From: Adineta vaga
Taxonomy: Eukaryota > Animalia > Rotifera
DNA length: 64,000 nt
Direction of reading: 5' to 3'
Assembly (NCBI GenBank): GCA_021613535.1
Contig: CP075492.1
Span: 372,001-436,000, forward strand
Shown here: positions 35,842 to 51,455 of the stretch, piece after piece
Numbering within the stretch: position 1 is the stretch's first letter
Layout of the letters: each line of letters opens with the position of its first letter
Program-made: the position numbers and the translations under genes
The notes under the pieces: model-generated
The model's input: only the letters and a program-made list of their open reading frames with translations
Database searches by the model: none
What the model was told of the DNA's origin: nothing

Positions 35842-38800
35842 TCAATTAAAATCTAAGAATACAGGCATTTCATTCATATTTCCATCTCCATCAATACTAG
35901 AACAATTTGTAATCGCATAATTTAAACGATCATACATCACATCCGTTGATGAATATTCGGGTAGATCCAAAGTAAAACCACATGTATGTGCTTCTAAAAG
36001 AAGAAAATGTAGCGATATCATTCTCTCGATCTTTGTATTTTGAAAAAAAAAAAGATATTGAAAACGTTGCCTTACGTGGAAGTGCTCCATCGATTGGACC
36101 ATTGGTAATTTCATACGGATTGATGACAAACTTCGATGTAAATTCTTCATCTCGACTCGGTAATGTTGATCGACCCCAAACAAATTTTAAAAATAACTTT
36201 TTCTGTTCTTCAGTGAATTTCGTACTTAGTACTATCCAAAAATGTTGAATACATCGTGAAGTTAATCGAAAATTACCACCATACGTCGTGTTGCGTTTTA
36301 ATAATTCAATATCAATTTCACCTTTGCCACACACAGCTTCTTCTAACTCACGAGCCGTAAATAAACATAAGAAATAGCCAGGTATTACACTGTATAATCC
36401 TTGACGAATGTATTCAATTTGTCGAGAAAATTCCTGTAAACGATATTGACGATAAGTTGAACAATATTCGTTGAGATTCTGCCAAGTGATAGATATATCA
36501 TGTCCACCAGATACCAATTCAAACGTCTGTCCACTGGCACTAACGACTTCAAATCGTAATTCTTCAAGTATACTACTGAGTACATCATTTTCTGTATCTA
36601 TCAATTGATCTGGAGAATCAAACGTTTTTTCCAATTGATTAATTAGATTAAAACTTTGTATATCAATTGCTTCAATATCTTCTAAAGTGACTTCATCATT
36701 CACTAATTGTTTCCATAAAAACGTCGGAAATTTTAAGTCCAAATAGAAATGTTTTCGAATTGCCATACCCATCAGTTGACCGATAAATCGATATTGTTTT
36801 TTGATAACCATCGGAATCGATTTATTCGGTGGAAAAACATTTGGAATCCAACGATCACGATTCAAACCATCGTTCATTCGTCCATTGGGACAGAGAATAA
36901 ATAATGATAATCGAGTACTACATATATCTCCACAAATACATGTAATAGAATCACGATAGGGACCACCTGCATCAGTACTATGCATACCAAGATATTGTGC
37001 TCGCCAAAGACGTTCATTTTGTCGTCGAAAAAGAATATGAGCATTCGAATGGAGTTGTTCGTATCCTTGATAAAACATAGTTTTGGTTGTTATCGTACTT
37101 GCCTGAAGAGTATCAAAATTGACTGATAGAATATTATTCTCTGATGGCAATGCTGTAACAGCCAAAGCTCTTTCGAATAATTGAAGTTTTGTAGTACGTA
37201 AAATATACGATCTCGATGATCGAAATTTGTCGGTAACATGACTTTGTCCAATTGGAAGACTAAGATCAACGAATGAAACGAGTTTTTCAATGAATACATT
37301 TAATGTATAGAAGAATTTTATTCGTGTTTGAATGCAATGAATTGGAATATGCCACAGTGATGGATAACTTTTGAAATGAATTGAATTGTCTTCAATATTC
37401 ATTGGTAAACTAGTCATTAGATGTTCATTTATATAATCAATTAATTGAAAATCAGCAGTCAGATCAAAATAACGATGTGTTTGTTCAATTTCATCTCGAG
37501 AAAATTTATGTTGATTATCGACTATTTCGTTCAATTGAAAAATAAATAATTCGGGAAATGAAATATGTTTTGTTCGATTGTTTAACACATTTATTAAAGT
37601 TAATAGATAATGAAATGATTGAGGAAAATCAAAGTTTATCAAATCATTTTTACATCGTTCGAATAATAAATAAATTAGATCTAATATTGCTGGTTGAAAT
37701 ATTTTCATCGTATGATTTAATATTGATGGAGAATCCAATGATAATTGAATAAATAAATGAAAGAAAAAATTTTGAATATGTTTACTGAAATTGAATCGTT
37801 GACTTATTTGTAACAATCTACGAAAATCAAATGAAAAGATACGAATACGATCAAAATGAACAAATTACAATTTGACTTACCCAATGAAAAGATGAAGAAT
37901 GATTAGTTTTGTTCGATACAATGGACATAGAAGAAATAAATCAAATAGATATTCGATAAAAATCGTTGGAAAGATAATAGGAATTAATATATCGATATTA
38001 ATTTGTTTTCTTATCGATAATTCAGTTAGTAATGAAAGAAAAAGATTGAATAGTTTGAGAATAAATTTCAAATTTGGTTTTTGAATTATCTTCATCGATT
38101 GATTATCATCAGAAATTAATAATGATGGATCAGTAATCAATTGAATCATTTGTATACTAAGATTTTTTTGTAATTGATAGAGAAGTGATGTTGTATTGAC
38201 TAATGAATTGTTTTTCACTAATTGTTTGATTTCTACAGTAAGAATTCTTTTAATTAATAAACTCATTCGATCAATATCTTCATCAGTATGTAATCGAGTA
38301 TTATTATAATGATAATCTAATAATCGAAATAATGTTACAAGAAATGTATAATTACCAAATATTTCTAATGGAAATAAAGTTGATCCATCTAAAGACCAAA
38401 CTTTTAATATTGTTAAAATAACATAATGAGCATACATTGAGATTAAACCATGTTCACATGCAATTCGTAAGGTAATCAATTGATGATAAGAAATATTTTT
38501 ATGAGAATATTGAGTCTTTTTCCAATGTTGATCGATAGTCGATATTTGTAATAGATTTTTTTCTGATGAATTTCGATTCAAATCAAATAATTGATGAGTT
38601 AAATCACTTCCTTGAATAATCGATGGAGATTGATCTTGAATCCATTCATGAAAGTTTTTGTTAATATTTAGATGATCTACAGCTTGATCAAACCAATTTT
38701 TATCTGAGAATAGAGATGGCTTTGATTCTTGGAGAGTATTCCAATTCTCAAATAGAACTGTACCAAGTCTAATGATCTTTTCATCAGTATCAACATTTGT

Positions 38801-41800
38801 AAATGGAAGAAGATTTTGTAGTTTACATTTATCAATCAATGGATTTATTCTAGTAAGAAGATCATTGTTCTGATTCATTTTTATCGCTACGTTAGATTGT
38901 TGACGAAGAATTTCATCGAGCATATATAAATTTCTTGTTGTATGTTGTTCTAAGACTGATCTGATTAATAATGAATCATATCCATAGAGAATTAAACTTG
39001 GAGCAATTAGAGAATAAGGAGGTGTAACAAGATATTCTAATGAATAGTTAGAAGATTTGAGATCATCATTAATATCAGTTATACATTTTGTTATAAAAGT
39101 AATCGATTTACATTTGATACGAAATATATTATTCTTGATTATATTATGTTGACGAAATAAATCAATATGATTATCATTGATCAGTAATTGATGTTGATTT
39201 GTACTTATATCAAGATATAGAAAGCCATTGATATACAATTTTAATATTGATTCTTTAACAGCAATGATTAGACGTACATATTCATTTAGTTTTAATTGTA
39301 AATCAGTTTTTGTTTGATGATTGGTTAGACATAATTTTCCTTCGTTTGTCAAATAAATACTAATATCTGGATTAAGAGTGATCAATGTCAATCGATCATT
39401 CTCTTTTGGTAAATGATCAATTTCAATGTCGATAATCAGTGTATATTCTGACCATGGATGAATTGTTTTGTCCAAAACAAGATAATTTGTATTTCCATTA
39501 AGTTGTATAGCAGATTGCTCAGTTCCATCGATCGTTTCGAAATATTTCCATTCATCTGTATCTGATTCACATTGAATTTTATGCCATTTTTCAATAGTAA
39601 ATGGTTCATGCATAGGTACAAGAGATCCATCTAGAAAACTCTCTTGTTTGGCTTTGAATGTCCAGGTATTTGCTATTTTTAGATATTCTGTCAATCGATT
39701 ATGTTCAGAGGCAATATGAGTTAAGCCTGAATCGAATAAGTAACGAATTTGTTCTTCAGGTAGAGCATTTTTCCAAAAAGCAAGATTTCGAATTTTACCA
39801 GAAGTCTTAGGCAAAACACGAAGTTCGAGTGGAGTAGTAATGGAGAAGTTCAGTGTTTTGTATTCATGATTAATATACGTTTTTATTTGTTGTTCGTTGA
39901 CATAGAATACAATAGCTATACGAGTATTTCTGATTACTTTTTCAAACGGTATTTTCATGGATATTTTAGATCCTAATGTGAGAAGGTGGATATTATCTTC
40001 TTTTGAATGATTGCTCGAAAGTTCAAAGTCGAAGCTCATTGTCCATGAATCACAATAATCGATCATAAATGGAAATCCATCACATTCCTCTGTTACAATC
40101 AATCGATTTTCAGCCACAAGAAATTTTGTTTCTAAATGATATTGATTGATAAAGTCACGTAGAAATATCTTTGAAGGTGCAACACGTGATCGATAGAGAT
40201 TATATTGATCATCAGTACTTAACATATAAGCACTGAATGGATATCTTACTACGGTAAGTATAGTCGGTACTAACAAAGGTTTGTAACCATTTGGCAAAGG
40301 ACATTCATTCATATCTTCTGGACTAAAAATCCATTCACAAGTACTGAAAGGTGATGTATCATTTACTCGTAAAGTAACACACGGATAGTAAGTAGTTTCA
40401 GATCGATTGAGATGCATATTACATATCGTTTCAGTTGAACCAATTGGAAAATCATGAGCAAAAGCTGTACCTAAAAAGTGTCCATTTAACCAATAATTAA
40501 TACGAGTATTGACGCCATCAATTTCAATTCCACATCCACAAACATCATTACCATTCCAATGAACATTTTCTGCTATAAACGGAGATTCGATCTGATGATA
40601 CAACATTCCTTGAGATCCATCATATGACCATGAATATTGATCTTGACCAACACCGATAGTATGACTAGGATTGAAACCATTTGTTGCCCATCCAATTTGT
40701 ACAAATCGACTTTCTAACAAACGAATACAAAAGTACCATTTACCTTGACTAAGACGCAAATTATCGACAGTAAAGGTTATCGCTGAAGTATTACCAGTTT
40801 CAGAAATTAAGTACATTCGACCGGGAAATCGATGATGAGTTCCACATTCTTCTAACATCCATTGACCAATAATTTCAGGCAACATCGATACGATACAAAT
40901 ATCTTCGTTACCAATACGACCTTGTTTAAAATCATCTACGAATTGCTTTGATCCAATAGGTTTCCATTGATTGTTCTCTAAACTATTCATCATCGATACT
41001 TCTTCTTTCAATAGAGAATTATGCCAGATATGATATTGTTCTGTATCATCAGTAATATGTTTTTGATGCTCACATCGATCTAAACTAAGACAATATTGTT
41101 CCAAATGTCGTTTGTTCAATAGATATAAGTCAGTGGGTTGTAAACGATGAATAGTAGACAGAGCTGTAGTTGAAAGTTTGGCAATGATTGCTGCATAGGG
41201 CTTTTCCATGAAGATTTCTAGTAGTTTTTTACCGGTCATTAAGCGAAATAGAACTCCAATTGAACGACGTTTTAATGATAAAATAAGGAGAGAATCAAAG
41301 AGTGATTCATCAAGTTCAATAAAGTAGATCAAAGCATCAAATATTTTACTGATATTTGCGTGACTAATGGGTAGATCAAGTAGATAAGGTGGTAATACAT
41401 CAAGTTCAATACGTAATTGATCAACTATAACCCAACGAGTTTGATTAGTTTGACAATATTGAACGAGAAAAGGAAATGGACTATCTGGATTTGTCTCTAA
41501 AATTACTCCTAATTGAGTTTCTTCATCGAATTGATCTTCAGCATAGATTTGAACGATCGATCCAATACCAAATGGATGAATATATCCACCTAAAATACTC
41601 AAACAAGCGAGTAGATGATTGATTCGATCTGTATCATTCGATATAAATGAATTGTAATTCGAGAAAATAATATTAAAGATATGTTCAATAGCGATCTGTT
41701 GCCATGGTGATACAATAGAAATGATCATTCGATAGATATAAATCAATTCAGTAATAATTTCCGAAGATTTTTCTTTTGATCGAATACTATTACTGATTGT

Positions 41801-44800
41801 AAATAAAATTTCTTGTAGAAAACTTTTCATCAATGTGATTGCTTGTTCTTGTGGTAGAGAGAAGATAATTTGACGTACTATTTTCAATACTAGGAGAATA
41901 GTGATTAGATTTGTACTACACTGATACATTTGCCATAATTGATTGAAATATTCGAGAGTAGCACATCGCTTTCGGACATGTTCATATACTGTGACAGATC
42001 GAAGTAATAATATCAAGTATTGATTTGTTTCTTCGTATTTTTCTGATCCAAGAGCTATGTGTCGAAGGGAAATTTTTGTTGGTGCTACTTGATTCTTTTC
42101 TATAGAAAATAAATGTTTTAGTTCATTGAAAATACATTTTTCTTCGAACAATGTCTGGATATTTTCATCGTTGTCACTATACTTCCATAAATGTAAAATA
42201 TACAAACGAAACCAGTGATATGCAAGAGACATTTCATTTCGTATGAAATAGATTGATTGTGAGAAGTAAGAAAGAGTGGAAATAATCGTTGAGGAACTTC
42301 ATATTCACGCAAATATTGAATATCATCGGCAGTATACGATAAATTCAAAAGATAAAATACAAGAATTCCTAGTTTAATACTATTTTGTGGTAAATTGAGG
42401 AGAAGAAGAACATGAATGATCGAATGATAGACTTTACCAATTTCTTCTTTCCATTGATTATTGACTGTTGAGATATTTTCCAAATACGACCATTGAACAT
42501 CAATACTTCTTATATTCGACAGAAAGATAGTTAAAAAAGTTAACATTTGTTCATTTTGTTCAATTTGAATACATTTTTGAAGAAATGTATGAATAAATCG
42601 ATATGTAATCCATCGAAACATTGCTCGTTCATATTGATATGACATACATTGAAGAATTTCATTGAAATCCCATCGATTTTGATCACCATAAACATAGTTA
42701 ACAATCGCTCGATGTATTGTTTCTTCATGATTTATTTTTTGATTGATCCATTTCTTACTGTCTATCATCAATCTTTTAAATCGTAGACAAGCATCGAATG
42801 TTTGTTGTAATAATCGAGAATAGTTACTCTTAGATTGTCGTTGAGAATCTACTACTATAGTTGCTGATAAAGAACGTTCGATCTTAGGAATCCAATGACT
42901 CTCTTTGACGGAACAGAGTAAAAAGTGAGTTCGTGTTCGAATCTGTTCATAGAGTTCATCACAATTACCACCTTGTCCTCGTACAGTAGCAAAAGTCATT
43001 TGAATACGATGAGCATATTCAAATAGGGACAACAATTTTTCATGTGGTTTATTCGTATCATTATGAGATAATTCTTCTTTTGCTAAATTAACTCGACGAT
43101 AATGTTTGAGATAGACAGCAAAGAGATGAGCACATGCCTTATTAACGTATTGTTCAATCGATTTTTGTAGAAGACGATGTTTATCTTTGGTAAAATTTCG
43201 CATTTTTGATAGTAATTGTGTACCTTGATCAGTATTGTTATATACTGACAATAAGAACTCTTGATCATTGGATATTGTCTGTATCGAATAATCTATGAGT
43301 GTGAATTGACTATAGCGAGCCATGTTTGAGTGAAATAATGTTTCATTTAACGGATTTATTTCACATCCACCAGAGAATAAAGGTGATTTTAACATTTCAG
43401 TGTATTTCGTTTCTAGTAAATGTGATGGTTGACCTGATATTAGTAAATAACTGATTCTTCCTAATAACCAAGCAATATATCGAAATTGAGGTTTGTCGTT
43501 CATTTCTGTATGAGTAATATATTTTAAAATGAAATCAGATAATAAAGGTAATATAGCCATAAAAATTGTTATCGAACGTATACGATCTTCAATGACATTC
43601 AAAGTACTTAATTGAACAAGAAATGATATAAATAAATCAGTGTCTATCATACATTGTTCGAATAATAATGAAAGATATCGAATGAATACAGAAATAAGAG
43701 ATGTATTTTTATCACCATGAATGAGTCGAACAAAGATTAATCGTTGAAATCGTTCGAGAATTCGTTGTACTGATTTTGTTGAATGAGAATAATGATTCAT
43801 CAATGAGTTTAGGATTGTCCAAGTTTGATTCTTTTCTTCATGTTCATCGTATAGAAGATCAATCCAAGTCATTAGATTTATATTATCTGCTAATGCAATT
43901 GAGAATTCTTCAGTTAAAATAGAATATCTATTTTCTAGAATATGTTGAGACATATAGAGTAATCTATCTGTAAATGAGAAGATTTGTTTTTCGAGAATAT
44001 AAACAATCGCTTTTGCTGCTTGTCGACTAGCGATTGTATTTTCGGATTGATTCGTTGCCAATGAAAGGAAAACATCAAGCCAAGCTTGCCATTCTTTATC
44101 TATCCGATCTTCATTCCATCCAAATTCTTTGCTTAATAAGTTTCGATTATCATCACTAATTAATAATAATAAATATTTCAAATGAGTAGTGAATAATCTC
44201 AAACACACGTTTAATATAAAGTTTAACGTAACATTACCACGTGTTCTATTCATATGCGATAATTGTTCAATAAACTGAAATAATTGATGAAATGTTTCAA
44301 AATTAAAGTCAAACGAAAGAGAACTATTCATCTTGCTAGATCGATATTGTTTTTCAGCATGTAAAATATGATGAATATCAATATGAGCCATAGTTGCACC
44401 TGTGATCCATTGACCAGTGAATGTTTTTCTCTCGTGTTTCATCATTGTTAAAGTGGGATATGCACCAATCGATGCTAGATAAGCCAATGGATTCCAAAGA
44501 AGTTTTTCTAAATAAATAAAAATAGTCTCTATTACCAAATGAAGAACAAAAAAAACATAAAGATTATGAAACCTGAAGATATTTTATCGCCTGTAACGAT
44601 CCATTGTGGTGTGATTCGATCTTTCCATTGTTGATGAATCTTTTCAAAATTAGTATTGAATTGTTTTATGGTAGTTTGAATGATATAATTATGTTTGATA
44701 TCAAATACCAATTGATGCAGGATAGGTAAAATATTCTTCAAGGTCCAGAGACCTCGGGAAGCTCTTGATAGACCGTCAAGGATTCCACTTTCTGAAAGAG

Positions 44801-45293
44801 TCGATCTATTTCGATCTCGATTCACACTTATCGCACGATTTGGTTCAGGCGATAATCGAAGTGGTAAGGGTGAAGGTTTACGATCAACAGATCGAAATCG
44901 TGGCGACGCTGTCAATCGATGATAGTGATCATCTTTGATTGATTTTTGCTTGAGAATAAATGTCAATTGTTTGGGTTTGTCAAGAATATCTTGAATATTT
45001 CGTTGAACTTCAGTAAAATCATTCCACATTTGTTTTAGAATTGTTTCTTTCAAGATATTGTCAATGTGAATATTCCATGTTCGAACTTCAGTAGTATTGG
45101 TTAAAATAGATAAATAGTTATGAAGTCGAGTAATTAACTGTTGTTCAGATGTCAAATTTGGATGAAAATGTCTTTCTCGTGAGAGAAAAAAATTTACATC
45201 TTCTTGATCATTGAACGATAGAAGAGTATTGATACTTGGAATTGTATCATTAATTTTAATTAATGAAACGAATTCAGAGAAATATTGATCCAT
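35842..45293 (-). CDS. Giant SPRY plus HECT E3 ubiquitin ligase (about 3000 aa) with one apparent frameshift
   Basis: SPRY (GKWYF, VQIGWAT, GQDQYSWSYDG) and HERC-type HECT (DAGGPYRDS, FLKFVWGRSTLP, AHTCGFTLDLPEYS with the catalytic Cys). Introns at 44572-44508, about 37879-37818 and 36075-35994. Frame change at about 42235 with no intron. Confidence 0.88.
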
Positions 45294-45955
45294 TTCTCTA
45301 TCGTATGTATTATTGAAATAGAAAATAAATGTACTTCGATGACGAAAACAAACCTTCAATCTTTATAAAAAAAATACGAACAAAAAAGGTACCGCGTGGA
45401 TTGATGCTTATTTTTCTTTCTTTCTTTCTTTCTTCCATATTATGACATACTCTGGTGTAAGAACATTCGATCTGATTCATTCTCATTCAAAGTAAGGCTG
45501 TATGTAACGTGAACAGATCGAATATAAGCCCTCACTGTCAAGATAACTGAACGTTGATTCAGCTTCTGCTATTATATTAAAATCTTTAATGATCTTTTGA
45601 ACTCCTTCGTTACAGAACATTCATTGTTATACAACTTTCATTCATATATTTAAAGGAATTCTATCGCATGACGATTCGTTGTAAAAAAAACATCTTTCTG
45701 CTTTAATCGTATAAAAATTCAATTACTTTAATGAAAAAAACGTTTTTTCGTATATACTCATTAATTCATAAGTAAATCGCCAGCAATCTTTTTATTTATT
45801 TTATATAATTAAAAAACGAAAAATATCTTTTTGCGTGTTTAAAATTATATGAGCATTACATGACATCTCCCTTTCAAGCTGATCGACTTCAAATAATTCT
45901 TTAATCTATTCACCTCCTGTTCTAGTACGCTGAATAAAACAAACAAAGAGACCAT

Positions 45956-45997
45956 CTTGAGTGTGTGGCTCAGGCTATACTTTAACCCACACCCACC
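45956..45997. repeat. Telomere-repeat hairpin element (class A-like, shortened)
   Basis: cttgagtgtgtggctcaggctatactttaacccacacccacc. Confidence 0.75.
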
Positions 45998-46618
45998 AGT
46001 TTAGTTGAGTGGCGACAGAAATATTCAACTTTTTCTTCGGTTAACTGACTTTTGGTTCATCCTGTATTTTCATATAATTTTAATCATTAGAAATCTGAAT
46101 ATATATATTTAATAATAATAAATAAAAAAAAACGGGTTTTATTCAATAGATTATTCATCTACTCTCAAGTTACTCCTAATAACTAACCAATGCAAAAGGA
46201 CACCGCGGAACAAGACCGTAAATCTGCCACCCCTCTAGATCTTATTTTCTCTCGGATAGAATGATAGAGCATGAAGTTCTGCACATTTTTGTATATTTAG
46301 TTTTTTTCTAATACGAAGCAAAAAAAATTTTTTAGGAGCTAAACAGTTTTAGGGAGTCTATCACTTTTGGGTATTCGAATAAAAAAGTAGGGTACGTGTG
46401 ATTTTTTCTATTATACGCTCAATTTGAAATCTAATACTATACGTCGATGTAGTTTTTCCTGCTCTATAAAATGACATAAGATCATAGCTATCATTATTAT
46501 CTCTCTTAGAATTACTATGGACATAAAAGTATGAATAATTCGTACTAGAATGAAACTTTAGTTTAGATTGTCATGATGCTGACTGTGACTATAAATGATC
46601 CATACCCGCTCTGATCCT

Positions 46619-49304
46619 CTATCGAGTTTTATTATCATTATTTATATCAGCAGTAGTTATTGAAAATGGTTTATTATTTATTGTATAATTATTTTGAATA
46701 GAAAAATTTCCATATCCTGTATTAAAATAAACAGTAATGATATTAGAATCTGCACTTGCCACAATAATATCAATATTATTATCCATATTAACATCACTTG
46801 TTGTTAAAAAAAATGGAGATGTACCAGTTGGGTAAGTTATTTGTGTATTAAATGTTCCATTACCTTTATTATAAAGAATACTAAAGGTATTCGCCGCCTT
46901 ATTTGCCACAATTATATCTAATTGATTGTCATTATTAAGATCAGCAACAGCAGTTGAATATGGTCCGCTTCCAACTGCATAAGTTGTTTGATTATAAAAT
47001 GCACCATTAAATGTCGTTGTTGATGTTGACGATGTTGATGTCGACGTAGTAATTGGTTCTATTATATGTAGAAATTAGACAAAAATAAGAAATATATATT
47101 GAAAATGAGTTTCTTTATTTGTAAAGAATAGCCGCAATTCTTCGATAAAAACAAAAACTTCAAAGCACAAAACTGCGTTATTTTTTGTGCAAAATTCATA
47201 TGAGATTTCCTGAAAACTTTGTTTCTCTCTAATAGATTTCAGACTATAAAATGATTCTCCTACATAAAATTTCATCTACCCACGGAAAAATTTTTCGATC
47301 AAAACCGCGGTTTATCGTGGTGTAAGAAAACGTTAATGTTAACGGTTTAAATGCACCGCGAAAGTCAGACCTTTTATTAGGTTTTTTCACACCGTCCGAA
47401 ACCGCGGTTATTAACGGTTTCAAAAGAAAAATAATTCACCATCTCGATGGTATTTTATTTCTGACATCTACCTTGTTATCATTGACTTTCTACGTTCGCA
47501 ACCTACCTACTATCTTAATACGGTCATTTAACACCTCGGTCAACTCGTTAAATACCACTATCTATTTTTTATTTATTTTTCTCTGATTAGATTCGAACTT
47601 CTTACCTTGTGATTGTAGTCCACTAATTCCATTGAACCATCTGGTGATGTTCATACTAATATTAAATATGATAGTCTATCTGATCAGTGATGAAAAATCT
47701 TTTCATTTAGACTAATATGTTCCATTTACTAGTAGATTTATAAAAATCTTAGAATTAATAGTAATTCATACTATCTCTATAATTTTATCGAACTTTCTGA
47801 GATGTTCTTGTTTATTAAAAAAAACTATGTAAATTAAAAACTCTTATCGTTTATACCAATAATTGTTACCTTATGGATAAATAATCTATTTTAATAAATA
47901 GTAACTATAGTAAACTATAGGTTCACTAGAATTTGCAGTTGATAAACCGCGGTATTGTGCTGTTACGAAAAGTCTAACTGTATTAAAAGTGCTATTTTAT
48001 TACAATTTAGAATAAATGTAAATCTATACTGCTAAACATATATGATAAGTATTCGATAAATATATCTGAATTTTTATCAATTGAAAAGATAGATTTGTAC
48101 AAAATTTACATCTGAATCTCTAGTATTTTGTGAGTATCATTATAAATATTTATCTTTGCAAAATCTGACTGATAATTATAATATATATATTTAAAGCTAT
48201 TTTCTTTTTATTACATATAATATTAGATTAAATTGGTGTTTATTTAAATTTTTATAAAAGTCTTAAATATTTTCCTCATAGTTCGACCTACATAATTAAT
48301 AATTTTGTTTGAATTTATTTGAGGTTATCGTACAAGTCAACAATAATAATTTAAACATAGATTATGATGGTTCGATTAAATATGACATATTTTTTTTAAG
48401 TGACTATTTTTATAATTTGTTTCATTTCACAGGTAAAAAAAAACTAAATTTAATTTTAATTAGAATTTTTTCTCAAACCATCAGTTGATGTATCTAAATT
48501 ATTGTCATATATTATAATCATAAAAATAATATAAAAAATTCTATCTATATACGAAGACTATGTTATTTCGAATAACAATATTTTTTGAGAAAATCCGAAG
48601 AGCGCAGTTTATAATAAGAAGTTTACAAAATATAAAACTATGAAAGATGGTGCTTCTTGAATACCGCAATTAATATATATCTCATCGAGCTTTTTTGAAA
48701 CCGCGATTTTCAACGGTAACGAAGTTGCGGTTTCTTTCAAACGTAGCGCGGTAAATCTATATTGCGGTGCAACATACCGCGGTCAACCACGGTTTATTTC
48801 GGACACCGCGGTCTTCAATGATATAACCGCTGTCAGTACGAGAAAACCGCGTCTAACAGCGGTATCTCTTTAAAAATTTCTCCGTGGGTAGAACTACGAG
48901 AATACTGGTAATAAATGATGAACACTAAGATTTTTTCAATCTTTATTATTATATTTAAACAAACCTGATGGTACTCGTGTTCCATCTTTGACTATCATAG
49001 TAATCATTCCTGTGCTTGCTTGTAAATCAGTACTTGGATCGAGTGTATCAGAAAACAATTGACATCTAGAAATTGATAATTGAAAATTAATCGATTTGCA
49101 TTGAGTATAATATAAACATTTTGTTTGACATTGACGAACATTCGAAACAGTAACAGTAGAAAATGGTAAACATGTTGTTGTAGCACATTGAAATTGCCAT
49201 CCATTCATAATAGACATTTTGAATAATGTCATATCTTGTGTTTCTATTTGTTTCAATATAATAAACAGAATCAATATTGATATTTTCATGGAAATCATAA
49301 TCAA
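46619..49304 (-). pseudogene. Secreted PAN/Apple plus FG-GAP (VCBS-like) repeat protein, 3'-truncated; exons 49304-48965 and 47058-46619
   Basis: Signal peptide, PAN-like CQTKCL..QCKSINF..CQLF, Thr/Ser linker, then ADLNNDNQLDIIVAN, SDVNMDNNIDIIVA and ADINNDNK. It breaks off in the third repeat. Confidence 0.8.
47279..48888. mobile_element. Non-autonomous TIR element (CMC/EnSpm-like) in an intron
   Basis: TIRs CCCACGGA(A/G)AAATTTTT, TA on both flanks, many subterminal ACCGCGGT motifs. The superfamily is inferred. Confidence 0.85.
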
Positions 49305-50921
49305 TCTGGCCGCAATTTCTATGATAAAAGAGAATTTGTTTAATTAAAAGTAAAACTCAAAACAGAAACTATGTATTCTCTTTTTCTTTCTTTCTTTCTT
49401 TCTTTCTATAACTAATATTATGAGAAAACAATATATTATATTCTTCTTCGTACAGCTAAAAATATATACAAGCTCATTTTGAAAATGGTTATTCATCATC
49501 ATTCTTTTTAAATATTCTAAAGTACTTTTAGCTATTTAATAATACTAATTTTTCTTTTTACATCGAAGAAAGAGAGAGAGAGAATGAAATATCATTTCAA
49601 TAAACTGAAAAGAATATAAAATAAATGCAGAAAGTTCGAGAATTTGTGTATTCTCATCTATCAGGATTATGGTCGTAAGTTAAGTAACTTCATGAATCTA
49701 TAAGAGATATACGATAGATACAAACATCAATATTGGCATTACAGCTCAAAGATACTACTAATTACTATTTGGTAGACCTTTGGGAAATTCTGAAACTAGT
49801 GGTCGTCCAAGATATATCTAGACAACTTGCTTTCTGGGCGTACTTTTGGCACATTTTGAGACTTGTTTCAGGCAAAGTTTCAATACAACTATCAGATCCG
49901 GAATCAACGTTAAAAATCGAGTTAATTTATATAACTTATGGGGAACAGAAAGTTATTGTGTAAACGGTCGGCCGCATACACTGATCGATTCTTGTAGTGT
50001 AGTCACCGTTTCAGTACACTAAAAAGTCTATTAAAGAATGTAATCTTATTTTATTATAATTAATTTTGTTTGCATTGCAACATAATCCGATGTGGCCAAG
50101 TCCTTAGTACTTTTTCAACAGAAGTATTGAATGTCTGTTCGTATACCTGTTTGCTATAGTAACTAGAGTAGCATGGAAATGTTATATTTTGTTCGTTCTC
50201 TATAGAGTATGAGAAGAAATAATTTAGAAAGTGCTGAAAAAACCCTGTAATGATTTATAATTAACTAAAATGGTGACTTTTGTAAGGAAGAAAGCTTGAT
50301 CGCTCATGTGATGATTCTTGTATATGTACGGCAAAAAGAAAAAGGAAATGAAAGTAGAGCAAAATCATTGTACTCTGTGACAATCTGAATGATCGCACAC
50401 TCTTTTCTTTTTACGCATTGTGCTATTTTTTTGACGGATATTTTTTCTCTCTTTTTTTCCTTCCTCTCTCTTCCTCTTCTCCGCTTTCCTCTGTGGCTTA
50501 CTTTTCAAATTTCTTCTAATTATCTCTCGGTATATTTAGTTATCGATATATTTGTCCTCTTATGATTAACATATGTATCCAGATCATACATGATACTTCA
50601 ATATCTTATTCCTTTCTGTTTATCTTAGTTTTGTTTATGTTTCTGACTTATGAATTATTTCAACGTGTGACACTTAGATTAAGAAAGCATTATCCTGAAA
50701 ATTAGATATTTTTGTATTAGCGCGTGACTGTATCTTTCTGGGTACTATATAAAGGACGAAGAAAATACAGTATAGTTGCGATTTCTTATAAAGAATAAAT
50801 ATATACACATACATATATTCTTAAACAAGTTTTTTTGGACTCAGAAATCTTTACATACTGTTTTAGTAAAAATGTCAAAAATAAATGCAGAAACGTCGGA
50901 TTTTATTCGATAGTTACGTAT

Positions 50922-51143
50922 GTCACTTGGATTAAGAGCGAACTTATTTTAATTTGTAAATTCAGTCTATTGATAATTTGTTTAACAATCTTTTATTCAT
51001 ACTCAAACTAACTTGTTCTTATTGGATCGGTTTCTAATCGAGGATATTGTAACTTTATATAACAGTATCATGTGTATTACAGATTTTATTTTTTCTCTTA
51101 TTTTTAGGCATTGATAATCAGTTGAGCCCGTTCTTAAAGAACC
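50922..51143. repeat. Dispersed repeat, copy 2
   Basis: Homologous to 1717-2052 but lacks the hairpin-bearing insert of about 110 bp. Confidence 0.8.
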
Positions 51144-51400
51144 CAGGTCGAAGCGGGTACATCGGATCCTATCGGACGGATGCAAAATCCGTTGTGATCT
51201 GGATGATCGGATTCAATCGGATATTTCTGGTCGGATTCCATGATAAAACCGTCCATTGACTGCTATCAGTACTGGTCGGATCATACAAGTATTTAGGACT
51301 TCCGTTCATCGGAGTTTTTCATGTAAGATGAACATAGATCCGACCGGAATCAGTGACTGAGATTACATCGGAAATAATCAGAAAACTGTGTATGTACCTA
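51142..51400. mobile_element. One-ended MITE-like fragment with (T/A)CGGAT repeats
   Basis: Begins CCCAGGTCGAA, with repeated tcggat / atccg motifs. No partner TIR seen. Confidence 0.4.
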
Positions 51401-51455
51401 AACGATGTGGCGAACATACTGTTGAAGAATTAATCTTTCACAATTAAATAGAAAA

